DNA of 31,240 bases from Phycisphaerae bacterium (GCA_016782755.1 JADHXY010000009.1:1-31240), one strand, 5' to 3'. Positions 1 to 9,117 are shown, numbered from the stretch's first letter. Program-made: numbers and translations. The notes: generated by a model from the letters alone, not told the origin.

Positions 1-647
1 TGCCGAAATACACATCCCGCATCAAAGTTACCGGTTGTCCGCTAAGAGCTGCGTTTGAAAACCCCGATCCGTCAGCGGCTGTGAAAGACCTACAGCTCGA
101 TCCGCAAAAAAAGACACTGCTCGTTACAGGTGCCTCCAGTGGTGCTGCCTCGATAAATCAAGCCGTGGTATCGCTACTCGGTTTTTTTGAAAAATTCGCA
201 GATAATTGGCAGATAGTTCACCTCACCGGATCAAGGGACTACCAAGCCGTGAAACAAAAATATGCCTCAGCGGCTATCGAGCATGTAGTTGTTGACTATT
301 ACCACCATATGCCAGACCTGCTTTCGGCAGCGGATCTTATCATCGGCAGAAGTGGAGCCGTTAGCGTGGCTGAATATTCAGCGGCCCGGACACCGGCTAT
401 CTGTATGCCATACCCGCACCACAAGGACCGCCACCAGTATTTTAATGCCGAGCCGCTCGTTGAGCAGGGGGCGGCAATAGTAGTTGACGACCTGCCAGAT
501 ATTGCAGAACGCAGCGGCTGGCTGGAGGAAGAACTGCTCCGGCTGTTAGGCGATGGCGGCGAATTAGCAAAAATGAAAACCACCTGCCAGAACTTACCAA
601 AAAACCAAGCCGCCCAAACCATCACCAAACACCTGCTCAGCTGCTAA
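1..647 (+). CDS. murG: UDP-N-acetylglucosamine--N-acetylmuramyl-(pentapeptide) pyrophosphoryl-undecaprenol GlcNAc transferase MurG, C-terminal part (5' end lies outside the window)
   Basis: Frame 3 is open from the window edge. The translation (TGCPLRAAF...LLVTGASSGAASINQ...IIGRSGAVSVAEY...) carries the MurG C-terminal GT28 signatures: a GNP(V/L)R-like motif and an L(V)TGGSQGA-like nucleotide-binding loop. ORF-track ORF 81..647 is the in-frame tail. Confidence 0.8.
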   Translation, partial: PKYTSRIKVTGCPLRAAFENPDPSAAVKDLQLDPQKKTLLVTGASSGAASINQAVVSLLGFFEKFADNWQIVHLTGSRDYQAVKQKYASAAIEHVVVDYYHHMPDLLSAADLIIGRSGAVSVAEYSAARTPAICMPYPHHKDRHQYFNAEPLVEQGAAIVVDDLPDIAERSGWLEEELLRLLGDGGELAKMKTTCQNLPKNQAAQTITKHLLSC

Positions 648-668
648 AGTGCAAAGAGAAAAAACATT

Positions 669-806
669 TTGACAAGATAACAGGATAGAAACAGGATTAA
701 ATATTAAAAACAAAAAACTGGCTTGCTGCCTTTGTTTCGATAAACTATATCGGGAACAAAGGGAGTGGGGGAAGCTTAGTAGTTTTGGGGTGGTTTGTTT
801 TATGTT
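669..806 (+). ncRNA. Conserved intergenic element, copy A (candidate small RNA or regulated promoter plus leader); paralog of 10479-10640
   Basis: About 85% identity to copy B over TTGACAaGATAACAGGATAGAAACAgGATTAAATaTTAAAaACAAAaAACTGG. Followed by a hairpin at 729-762 (cctttgt-ttcgata-aacta-tatcggg-a-acaaagg). The inner stem covaries with copy B (A-U in A becomes G-C in B). A conserved TTTTGGGGTG(g)TT tail is also shared. It lies in the murG-rhodanese intergenic region with no ORF. Confidence 0.35.
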
Positions 807-890
807 CAAAACAGAAAATGCCCTGATGATATTTTGATAGCCATTGGTGTATATTGGCAGAGGTAACGAAATATTTGAAAGGGTGCGAAA

Positions 891-1253
891 ATGCTTTTGA
901 CAAGTCCCAGGAAGGCGTGGAAATATTTTGAGTCGAAAATGGAATTTACAACCGGCCCGGTCGAGCTCAAGCAGATGATGGATGACGGGGAGAACATAAA
1001 CATTATCGATGTCCGCAAACCGCAGGATTATCAGCAGTCCCATGTCCCCGGTGCGATTAACCTGCCCAAAGAGAACTGGTCGGTGCATGTGTCGCTGAGC
1101 AAGGACAAGATGAATATCATCTACTGCTACAGTGAAGATTGCCACCTTGCAGCCGATGCGGCGCGACATTTTGCCGAGCATGCTTTTCCGGTGATGGAGC
1201 TGCAGGGCGGTTTTGAAGGCTGGCGGCAGAGGAACTTTCCGACGGAATCGTGA
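891..1253 (+). CDS. Single-domain rhodanese-like (sulfurtransferase-fold) protein
   Basis: 120-aa ORF with a rhodanese-domain pattern: INIIDVRKPQDYQQSHVPGAINLP ... IIYCYSEDCHLAADAARHF, i.e. the catalytic-loop Cys position. Start is ambiguous between 891 and the in-frame ATG at 939. Confidence 0.65.
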   Translation: MLLTSPRKAWKYFESKMEFTTGPVELKQMMDDGENINIIDVRKPQDYQQSHVPGAINLPKENWSVHVSLSKDKMNIIYCYSEDCHLAADAARHFAEHAFPVMELQGGFEGWRQRNFPTES

Positions 1254-1271
1254 GCAGGTTTGGTTTTTGTA

Positions 1272-2702
1272 TTAGCCTTTGACGCAGATCATGGGTATGA
1301 GTCTGGCTGCCTTTCGGGAGAGTCCGGCACCTTCGGCTGCATCTACTACCGTATCGACGTTTTTGTATGCATCGGGAGCTTCTTCGGCAACGCCTCGCAT
1401 CGACGGGCTTCGGATAACTATACCTTCGCTTGCCAATTTCCTTACTACATCGCTGCCTCGCCAGAGTTTTGTTGCTGCCTTGCGGCTCATGTTTCTGCCG
1501 GCGCCATGACAGGAAGAGCCGAATGCAAGGGCCTCGCTTTCTTTCGTTCCTGCAAGAATATATGAAGCTGTCCCCATCGTGCCGCCGATGAGCACCGGCT
1601 GACCGGCGCAGCGGTAGCTTTCGGGTATCTGTTCGCTGCCCGGGCCAAAGGCTCTGGTAGCTCCTTTTCGATGGACAAAAAGCCGTTTGTTTTTGCCGTT
1701 TACCTTGTGCGTTTCCTCTTTGCAGGTATTGTGTGAAACATCATAGATTAGCTTTAGTTCGGCTTTTGGTATTATCGTGGTAAGTGCTTCGCGTACAAGG
1801 TGTGTGAGTACCTGCCGATTTGCAATTGCGCAGTTTATTCCCGCACGCATAGCACCGAGGTATTGCTGGCCGACGTGGGATTTCAACGGTGCGCAGGCAA
1901 GCTCTCTCTCCGGCAGATCAATGCCATTATCCTTTGCAGTTTCAGCCATTTTTTTGAGGAATTCTGTGCCGATCTGATGGCCAAGCCCGCGCGAGCCGCA
2001 ATGGATGCTGATTACTATCCCGCCTTCTTTCAGCCCGTAAGCATCTGCGATGTTTTTATCGAAAATCTCCACAACCTTCTGCACTTCCATGTAATGATTG
2101 CCCGAGCCAAGTGTACCGACTTCGTTTTTCTGGCGGTTTTTTGCATAATCGGAGACATAGGACGGTTTAGCCCCATTCATGCAGCCGTTTTCTTCTGAAT
2201 ATTGCAGGTCATCTTTTGTGCCAAAACCTTCTTCGACTGCCCATTGGCCGCCGCTTGTGAGCATGTCGTCGAGTTGTGATAAACTCAGTGAGAGCTTTCC
2301 TCTGCTGCCCACGCCGGCTGGTATTTTGTGGGCGAGCAGATCCGCCAGAGTTTTCTTCACTTTTTCAATGTCATCGATGGTGAGGTTTGTCCTTAGTGCA
2401 CGGACACCGCAGGAGATATCAAAACCGACGCCGCCAGCAGAGATTACCCCTCCCTTATCCGGATCGAAGGCAGCTACGCCGCCAATCGGGAAGCCATAGC
2501 CCCAGTGAGCATCCGGCATGGCATATGAGGCCTTAACTATTCCCGGCAGGGCGGCAACATTGGCGGCTTGTTCACAGACCTTTTCGTCCATCTCGCTGAT
2601 CAAATCTTCATCTGCGAAAATTATCACCGGCACACGCATTTTGCCACAAGGCTCTATTTGCCATTGATACTCAGAGATTCTTTTGAATTTTTTCGTATCC
2701 AT
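1272..2702 (-). CDS. rtcB: RNA-splicing ligase RtcB (3'-phosphate/5'-hydroxyl nucleic acid ligase)
   Basis: 476 aa with hallmark RtcB motifs: MPDAHWGYGFPIGGV, GGVGFDISCGVR and the HNTC-type metal site. A GGGAGG RBS sits 7 nt upstream of the ATG at 2702. Confidence 0.9.
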   Translation of the reverse strand: MDTKKFKRISEYQWQIEPCGKMRVPVIIFADEDLISEMDEKVCEQAANVAALPGIVKASYAMPDAHWGYGFPIGGVAAFDPDKGGVISAGGVGFDISCGVRALRTNLTIDDIEKVKKTLADLLAHKIPAGVGSRGKLSLSLSQLDDMLTSGGQWAVEEGFGTKDDLQYSEENGCMNGAKPSYVSDYAKNRQKNEVGTLGSGNHYMEVQKVVEIFDKNIADAYGLKEGGIVISIHCGSRGLGHQIGTEFLKKMAETAKDNGIDLPERELACAPLKSHVGQQYLGAMRAGINCAIANRQVLTHLVREALTTIIPKAELKLIYDVSHNTCKEETHKVNGKNKRLFVHRKGATRAFGPGSEQIPESYRCAGQPVLIGGTMGTASYILAGTKESEALAFGSSCHGAGRNMSRKAATKLWRGSDVVRKLASEGIVIRSPSMRGVAEEAPDAYKNVDTVVDAAEGAGLSRKAARLIPMICVKG

Positions 2703-2720
2703 CTTAAACCTCCCAGTCGC

Positions 2721-3152
2721 TCAAACATCAACTACGCACTGAGCAACCCACATCTCTTTATCGTTTTTTCCAACAAACAACTCTGTATAAGTAGCACCCT
2801 TTATCTCTACTGCCGGCTGATGCTTTTGCCGGTCGCATTTTTCGCCCCAAACGTTGGCTTGTAATTTATTATTTCCAATACTAACCTCAAATTTGCCAAA
2901 AAGCATGCCCCTTATGTCCATCTCATAAATGAGCCTGTTGAGCCAATCGACCAGCAGAATTTCATCGTCATCTCCCTGGCAGCAAATTTCAATTTGCTCT
3001 GCGGCTTTCACTACTGCCGGATCACAAATAACGGCTGTCATAGCCGTCGCCGCCTGTTCAAACGCCTCAGCTTTGCATGCAGCTACCCCCCGCACACCAA
3101 TATCTGCTTTGTGCTCAAAATGTTCCCAGTAAGCTCTTTTCCTATCTGCCAT
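2721..3152 (-). CDS. Archease (RtcB activator/chaperone)
   Basis: [24 protein letters not shown]... matches the archease N-terminal signature (xxFEHTADIGV). A GGAG RBS lies 8 nt upstream of the ATG at 3152. The ORF track extends the frame to 3332 (203 aa), but that extra N-terminus is a hydrophobic read-through and is not used here. It lies 18 nt downstream of rtcB on the same strand, the classical pairing. Confidence 0.8.
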   Translation of the reverse strand: MADRKRAYWEHFEHKADIGVRGVAACKAEAFEQAATAMTAVICDPAVVKAAEQIEICCQGDDDEILLVDWLNRLIYEMDIRGMLFGKFEVSIGNNKLQANVWGEKCDRQKHQPAVEIKGATYTELFVGKNDKEMWVAQCVVDV

Positions 3153-3273
3153 CAATGCTCCGTTTGATTGCTTAATAATCATTCCTGCGTTAGCCTTTAC
3201 GTAATTTGAGCTTATCAGGTTGATTATAGAAATGACAAGAAAAAAACCAATAGCATTTTTCGACATCTCAATG

Positions 3274-4986
3274 TTAACGATGCTCGATAACCATAACCAT
3301 GCCGGGGTCGGAGATGTCGCCTGGCGTTGCAACTGACAAGCCCACGTCGCTGATTACTTCGCCCGGAATTTTTAATTTGTTGCCGCTTATGGTTACGCGA
3401 TCTGTTATCTCTATTGCACTGTCGCCGGCGAGGTCCTGTGCCCATATGCTCACTTTGCCAAAGGGTTTATCCACCTCAAGAGTGAGGTTTTTGAAATAGC
3501 CAAAGATACCAACTGGTGCATCAATCGAACCGGCTTCGAGTGTTACATCGGCTTCGGGAGTAATGTACCCCTTATCATGCAGCACCCGGCCTATGGAAGC
3601 TATGGAAATAGCGCCGTTCGGATTTCGGGATGCTAATATAAACGGCATTTCTCCTTTGCAGGAAACTCTCGGTAATGGCAGTCCACGAGTTACACGTGCC
3701 GGAGCGGATTCTTTTACGATCTTACCTTCTACTTTGGAATACCAGAACTCACCTTTTTTGAATTTCCACGTATCGATAAGGTAATTCGTATCTACCTCGA
3801 CAGGGACGGCATTGGCTGCAAATGCCGGAGCTATACGCTGCCAGCGCACAGCACGGACAACCTCGTCGAGACGCTTTTTTAGATTACGGGGACCCTTCAA
3901 AAAGATATCAGGATCCGGATCAGGCCTTAGCCCAATCATCGGACTACGGAAAATACCCATAGTTGCACCCAGTGCCGCCGCCAGATACACCTCTTCTTCC
4001 ACGTCCAGCAGGGCATCGGCATCAGACTGATGCTGAAGTTTTTCGGTTATAGTAGCGAACCGAAGCAGCATTGTCGCATTGCCTAATTGAGGCGAAATAT
4101 CGTAGAGTCTTATGGCATCCGTCAAAGTGAGCCTTGTTCTGCCGTTTTCGATAAAATCCTGGTTATACAGCATTCCCTCAGGTATTTTATTAAAAGGTGC
4201 TCCCGGAGGTATCAAGCCGGTCTCAAAGACAAGGTCATTAAATATTTTTTTCTTTAGCTCCATCATCATTGCGATTTTTTCATTTTCGCCTCCGACATCC
4301 ATCTTCCAATACCCAATCCCCGAATCTTTGCTCCATTTAAAACGTTCGCCCCAGTAAAGTCTTTCATATCTTTGCTGGTTACCTATTTTTTCCTTGCGTT
4401 CCTTGTCCTGGGCAGATTCAACCGTCCTGAACCACAGGCCTATGCCGCGCCAACCGAGTGCCTGAGTACGAGCGTTAAGTTGCGACCATTTTTCAGGGAT
4501 CGTACCCTTAAAGGATGGATACTTTTTGGGGTCGAGATCACCGAGATTTCGATATGAATAATCGTTGGATACAGGGATATCCCATCCATCGTCGAGAACG
4601 AAGAACAGGTCCTGGCGAACCTTTGGAAAGAACGTTGTCGCCCAACCCTTTGGCCCGAACATGTTTTCCTCGGTCATTGAGTCTGATTTGTATTTATGGA
4701 CATGGTCAACACGCAGGAGTATCGGGTCAAGTTTTGCCTCCCCCTGACCATACATGTAGTTTTGTGCCCCCCACGTGCACCAGTAGTTCGGGCTTGTTCC
4801 GGGAGTATCTGGGATCAGGTTTCGCGCCTTTGCATCAAAATCCTGTAATGCACAGCCGGAAATTACTAACAAAAATGAAATTACCAATACTAACGTAGTG
4901 ATACTGCGAATTATTTTTTTCAATTTACTACTCCTAAATGGGCCTGTGGTAAAATAAATATCGAATATAACAGCCGGCTTGCTCAT
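3274..4986 (-). CDS. Secreted/lipoprotein glycoside hydrolase, GH-D clan (alpha-galactosidase-like, GH27/GH36-type DDGW motif) with C-terminal beta-sandwich
   Basis: N-terminal signal peptide with a lipobox-like LVISGC. The core has [10 protein letters not shown] ... NLGDLD, resembling the GH36/GH27 catalytic-nucleophile region (LDDGWF...LGDW). Family assignment is by motif only. Confidence 0.5.
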   Translation of the reverse strand: MSKPAVIFDIYFTTGPFRSSKLKKIIRSITTLVLVISFLLVISGCALQDFDAKARNLIPDTPGTSPNYWCTWGAQNYMYGQGEAKLDPILLRVDHVHKYKSDSMTEENMFGPKGWATTFFPKVRQDLFFVLDDGWDIPVSNDYSYRNLGDLDPKKYPSFKGTIPEKWSQLNARTQALGWRGIGLWFRTVESAQDKERKEKIGNQQRYERLYWGERFKWSKDSGIGYWKMDVGGENEKIAMMMELKKKIFNDLVFETGLIPPGAPFNKIPEGMLYNQDFIENGRTRLTLTDAIRLYDISPQLGNATMLLRFATITEKLQHQSDADALLDVEEEVYLAAALGATMGIFRSPMIGLRPDPDPDIFLKGPRNLKKRLDEVVRAVRWQRIAPAFAANAVPVEVDTNYLIDTWKFKKGEFWYSKVEGKIVKESAPARVTRGLPLPRVSCKGEMPFILASRNPNGAISIASIGRVLHDKGYITPEADVTLEAGSIDAPVGIFGYFKNLTLEVDKPFGKVSIWAQDLAGDSAIEITDRVTISGNKLKIPGEVISDVGLSVATPGDISDPGMVMVIEHR

Positions 4987-5026
4987 CTCTTACAAGTCGC
5001 CGTAGAGTTCAGATATAATGCTTGCC

Positions 5027-6919
5027 TTAGTTCTGGCTGATATTGACCTCCAACGTTTTTTTCTGATCTGGGGGCAAGGCTTTGATTTTCTTTAAGACCT
5101 TTATCTTGCCCGGTGTCTCGCCGATTTTAATTGTATAGCTGCCTTCGTGGAAGACTTTTGGGCGGAATGTATTGCCGCTGATTCGCAAAGTATATACGGT
5201 TTGGTTATCGGCTTCATCAATGATTTGAATTACGGGGTCAGTCGTACCCTTGATTATGAGCTTCGGCAAGTAGGCTTTGGCCTTGCGGCTGTAATTGTCC
5301 TGCTGGGTGATCGTTATTGGCCAGCCGATATACTGCGGAGCATCCGGCTTGGTGACATCAACGCCGCGGGGCCAGCATTCCATTTTGATGGTACGTTTTT
5401 TCACGTTGAACCGGACAATTCCGTAACCGTCGGCCTTTTCGCCCCATTCGCCAAATTTATTTTTCCGTTTGACATCCGGGTTGACATAGGCGTACATCGT
5501 TATAAGGTTGCCAAATCCGTCAAGATATTCGCCAGTGTGAGGCAGGGGTGTTTCGATGTGTCTGCCTTCTCTCTTGAGCGGAGACCACCAGCGGGGGTAG
5601 TGATTGAAGATTGATGGTACGCAAAAGGAGTAAATCGAGTCGTTCCATTCGTCGATACCGTGATGAATGACCGTGGCCAGATGCTGATCGCCAGCGATAT
5701 GGAAGGCATAGGCCTTGCGAATCGCGGCGATTGCGCGGTTGCGGCCTGACTGCGGCCATCCGTTGGAATCGAGGTCCATGGCAAGACGGCTCCCGTTACC
5801 GTGCAGATGTGCTCCACCGGCGAAAATGGTCTGTGACAGAGCGCATTTCATATCAACGCCTTGCCAGTTGGTACCCCAGTCTTCTATGAACTTCAGTTGT
5901 CTTTTGCCAAGCATGGTGGCATTGGGTACATCAATCGCGCTGGGGTCAAGCGGTGCTGTTTTTACATGGTCAGCTCGTGACATTGTTATGCCTTTTGCTT
6001 TCAGGGCTTCTATATCCAGTACTTCGTAGTTTGACTTGAATTTGCGGTCTTCGAGAATAGCAAAATCAACGCGACCGATTTTGAGTGATGTGTAATAGAC
6101 TCCGATGCCTCGCTCTATAGGTGTGGGGTCGTAGGGGTCAGGCAGATTGCTGGTCTGGGCACGTTCGACGGCTTTGACATATATCGGGTCGCCGTAACCC
6201 TCAAGCGTTGGTTTTCCGCCATTGCCCCATAGATTGGGCAGGCCAACATCATGGTCATCCGGAATACAGATGGTAGGGCGGTCTTTGATGATTTCGCCAA
6301 ATTGACGTCCAAAGAGCAGCCAGGCATCGAGATGTGTGTGGTGATCGTAAACCTGGTCGCCTGAGAAGAAAAGCAGGTCAGGGTCTTGAGCTTTCACGTT
6401 TGCGATAATGTCGGGTTTCATGCGTCGGTCGAATTGACCGTTGCCAGTAAATGCCGCAACTACGATCTCTTCCTTCTCGATAGGGTCACGGCGAATTGTG
6501 CCTTTATAGGTGGCAATGCCGTCGATGCCGACAACGCGATATGGGACGGTTTTCGATGAATCCCAGTTTTCTACCCTGAAATTTGCCGTCCAGAGCAGGT
6601 CCTTTTTCAGGTTATTGTAAGGTTGTTCGCTAATGATAGCCCTGGCGACGGTTTTCCATTTTTTGCCGTATTTGATCTGCAACTGAGTTTTGCGACTTTC
6701 GCCATCGGCCAGCGGATAGAATTGGGCCGTCATTTTGAGGATACCCTTATGCACCGTGTACGGCGCAAAGCATATCTTTTTGGCAGGGTCTTTTTCCCGG
6801 TACATCCATGCTTCAGTGCTGTTGTCTGCCGCATTTGCCCCGGATACAATGACCAATAGCAAAATTAACATGACAGCCGCTGAACGTATGGATATTCTGG
6901 TGGAGTTGGGAAATTTCAT
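5027..6919 (-). CDS. phoD: PhoD-like alkaline phosphatase/phosphodiesterase (metallophosphatase), secreted
   Basis: 630 aa with a Sec signal (MKFPNSTRISIRSAAVMLILLLVIVSGANA). PhoD-family metallophosphatase motifs are present: FFSGDQVYDHH, IPDDHDVG and GDQHLATV. A GAGGTG RBS precedes the ATG. Confidence 0.75.
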   Translation of the reverse strand: MKFPNSTRISIRSAAVMLILLLVIVSGANAADNSTEAWMYREKDPAKKICFAPYTVHKGILKMTAQFYPLADGESRKTQLQIKYGKKWKTVARAIISEQPYNNLKKDLLWTANFRVENWDSSKTVPYRVVGIDGIATYKGTIRRDPIEKEEIVVAAFTGNGQFDRRMKPDIIANVKAQDPDLLFFSGDQVYDHHTHLDAWLLFGRQFGEIIKDRPTICIPDDHDVGLPNLWGNGGKPTLEGYGDPIYVKAVERAQTSNLPDPYDPTPIERGIGVYYTSLKIGRVDFAILEDRKFKSNYEVLDIEALKAKGITMSRADHVKTAPLDPSAIDVPNATMLGKRQLKFIEDWGTNWQGVDMKCALSQTIFAGGAHLHGNGSRLAMDLDSNGWPQSGRNRAIAAIRKAYAFHIAGDQHLATVIHHGIDEWNDSIYSFCVPSIFNHYPRWWSPLKREGRHIETPLPHTGEYLDGFGNLITMYAYVNPDVKRKNKFGEWGEKADGYGIVRFNVKKRTIKMECWPRGVDVTKPDAPQYIGWPITITQQDNYSRKAKAYLPKLIIKGTTDPVIQIIDEADNQTVYTLRISGNTFRPKVFHEGSYTIKIGETPGKIKVLKKIKALPPDQKKTLEVNISQN

Positions 6920-7061
6920 TTGTACACCTCAAATAATTAATATTTTGATTCTGTTATTTTACTATCAAAAGGTTTAAATTGCTCTTTAATAATAAAAAAC
7001 TAAGACTAATAACCCGTAGCGGAGAATTTTTCTGTAAAACCATACCTGATAAGTCCAAAAT

Positions 7062-8735
7062 TTATTTGGTTAGTGACTCAAACTCTTTTATGCTCAATGA
7101 ATTCCTCAATTTCTGAAGAGCCAGCAGTTCAATTTGACGTACCCTTTCTTTAGTCAAAGCCAGATGATCTCCGATCTCTTTGAGGGTTTTTTTATTCTTT
7201 TTAATTAGCGATCCGGTCAGACCGAAATGATTGATAATTATGTACTGTTCCCGCTTATCAAGATTGTCCTTTATCACCTGTTCAAGACTATGATGGGCAC
7301 GTTCGATTTTTCCATTCTCCAAAATTGATTTACTTTCAACGCCATCGAGCGACATTGTCGGTGCCTTGTCAGGCCGGGCAGCTTCGGCAGGAACTATCCT
7401 GGCAAAGTCCTTTGCTATCGCTAATGATGCATAAGTACTAAAACGATATCCGCGAGTGTAGTCGAATTTCTCAACCGCTCGCATTAGCGAAAAGTTGCCC
7501 TCGCTGATAAGATCCTGCAGCGATAATCCTGTTGTGATGTGCTTTCTGGAAATGCTTACTACCAAGCCAAGATTGGATTCTATGATTTTTTGCTTCAAAA
7601 TTTCAGACCAGCCGAGAAGTTTTTCGATCTGACTCAACAGTTTGCCGCAAACTTGTCTTGAATCTATATCGGCCACTTTTGTTTTAGCAAGAAATTTAAG
7701 ATAATTATAATACCTGAATATCTGCTGTTCCTGATCCCTGTTTAATTTAACAGTTTTGTTCAGCTGTTTTAAGTATTCCGGAAACCAACCATCTGTCAAA
7801 AAAGCAGTATCTGGCTTTGTCGCTTTGTCGTTTTGTTCATTCGATTTTAATAACAAGTCGCCAAAACCAGATTTCTCAAATTCACTGCTTTTTATAAATT
7901 CAATCTTTCTTGTGAGCAGTTTTTTTGCCCGAATCACGTTTATTATCCGGTAGATCGAGCTTTTGTTGCGATTATACTTCTCCATAAGTTCTTTAATATT
8001 AGCACCTTGCAGAAATGACCTGTAAATTTCTGCCTGCTGGGCAGGGCTTATAACGCCGCTGGGGCGGTCGAAAACTGCTTTAGCTGGCATTGTTTTTTCA
8101 TTTTTCAGCAGCAAATATCTTATCGTTTCGTGGGACCTGTTGAACTCTTCCGCTATTCGGTCAATGACTTGGTTTCGGCTTAAATCGGCTTTTTTTGTCC
8201 AAGAAGCGGCTTTTTGGAGTATTTTTTTCTTTTCAGTATTTTCAAGACGAGAGAAGTTTGAAGCTCTTTTCGAAATTTCCGGATTTACGGCTATGAATTT
8301 ATTGAGGTCAGTTTCGCTGATGCCCAGTTTTTTCTTACCGTCATGGAAAATATATTTTCGAGCCCCAAGCCCGCGTTTTCGCCATCGCTCGATAGTCTTG
8401 GATGATATTTTTAATTCAAGAGCTAACTCATTTAAGGTAAGTATCTTATGGCCTATGTCATCGGTTCGTTCGGCAACTTGGGAGCTTAATTTGCTTATGA
8501 AAAATCGAAGATCAGCCGCTAACTGTTCGCCTTCTATGGAGTCAATGCCGGATAGGTTTTTTGGCTCAAAACCGGTTATTTTGAAAAATACGAATTCAAA
8601 AGGATACAGCTGGTCAGGCTTGATGGAAATTAAAAGGTCTTCAGTGGCTTTGAGCTGTTGGCGGCGTTTGTTTTTTGGTGTAAACTTTAGCTGCATAAGC
8701 AGTTGCGCTATTTTCCTGTTTTTAATAGATGCCAT
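7062..8735 (-). CDS. Sigma-70 family RNA polymerase sigma factor (group-3/FliA-like core) with ~330-aa N-terminal extension
   Basis: The C-terminal ~230 aa carry region 2 (DLISEGNFSLMRAVEKFDYTRGYRFSTYASLAIAKDFAR) and region 4.2 (KTLKEIGDHLALTKERVRQIELLALQKLR). The N-terminal 330 aa are lysine-rich with several HTH-like segments (e.g. LTLNELALELKISSKTIERWRKRGL). No convincing RBS at the annotated start. Confidence 0.8.
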   Translation of the reverse strand: MASIKNRKIAQLLMQLKFTPKNKRRQQLKATEDLLISIKPDQLYPFEFVFFKITGFEPKNLSGIDSIEGEQLAADLRFFISKLSSQVAERTDDIGHKILTLNELALELKISSKTIERWRKRGLGARKYIFHDGKKKLGISETDLNKFIAVNPEISKRASNFSRLENTEKKKILQKAASWTKKADLSRNQVIDRIAEEFNRSHETIRYLLLKNEKTMPAKAVFDRPSGVISPAQQAEIYRSFLQGANIKELMEKYNRNKSSIYRIINVIRAKKLLTRKIEFIKSSEFEKSGFGDLLLKSNEQNDKATKPDTAFLTDGWFPEYLKQLNKTVKLNRDQEQQIFRYYNYLKFLAKTKVADIDSRQVCGKLLSQIEKLLGWSEILKQKIIESNLGLVVSISRKHITTGLSLQDLISEGNFSLMRAVEKFDYTRGYRFSTYASLAIAKDFARIVPAEAARPDKAPTMSLDGVESKSILENGKIERAHHSLEQVIKDNLDKREQYIIINHFGLTGSLIKKNKKTLKEIGDHLALTKERVRQIELLALQKLRNSLSIKEFESLTK

Positions 8736-8931
8736 AAATACACCGACAAGTCTTAATTGACTAAATGTCTATTTTATCGGATGAGAGGGAAATTCTATAG
8801 GGAAAAAAGGGGATTTTTTGGAATTTTCACGAAATTTTTGTATTGACAATGTTTAGGGTATAAAAATTTTTCCGGGCCAGCTAAAATTCCTTCATGCGGG
8901 GTGAGTTAAAGACAAGCTAATGAATGCGGAA

Positions 8932-9117
8932 TTACTTGTTATCTTTTTGGGCCTCTTCACGCTTGATAGCGTCAAATACCTCCCGGCGGTGAACAGGTAT
9001 GTTTTTAGGGGCATTGATACCTAATCTTACCTTATCACCCCTGACATCGACGATCGTTATTTCGATGTCTTCGCCAATGACGATGGATTCATTTTTTTGT
9101 CTGCTCAAAACCAACAT
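8932..9117 (-). CDS. csrA: Carbon storage regulator CsrA (RNA-binding translational regulator)
   Basis: MLVLSRKxNESIVIGEDIEITIVDVRGDKVRLGINAPKNIPVHRREV is a near-canonical CsrA sequence. I prefer the ATG at 9117 (AAGGGA RBS 7 nt upstream) over the TTG at 9123 used by the ORF track. Confidence 0.85.
   Translation of the reverse strand: MLVLSRQKNESIVIGEDIEITIVDVRGDKVRLGINAPKNIPVHRREVFDAIKREEAQKDNK

Noticed and set aside
711-740. Sigma-54 promoter (TGGC-N8-TTGC) inside element copy A (CTGGCTTGCTGCCTTTG)
   Set aside because: Spacing and the GC dinucleotide do not fit the -24/-12 consensus, and the segment is not conserved in copy B.
3153-3332. N-terminal 60-aa extension of the archease ORF in the ORF track (203 aa)
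   Set aside because: Archease homology and a GGAG RBS begin at the ATG at 3152. The upstream extension is hydrophobic read-through that overlaps the 3' end of the GH gene and lacks start-site signals.
8846-8880. Second TTGACAATGTT box (shared with 27884-27894 upstream of xth) as a plus-strand promoter between the sigma factor gene and csrA
   Set aside because: No acceptable -10 at 16-19-nt spacing in either copy, and at 8846 there is no plus-strand gene to drive. Recorded only as a recurring 11-mer.
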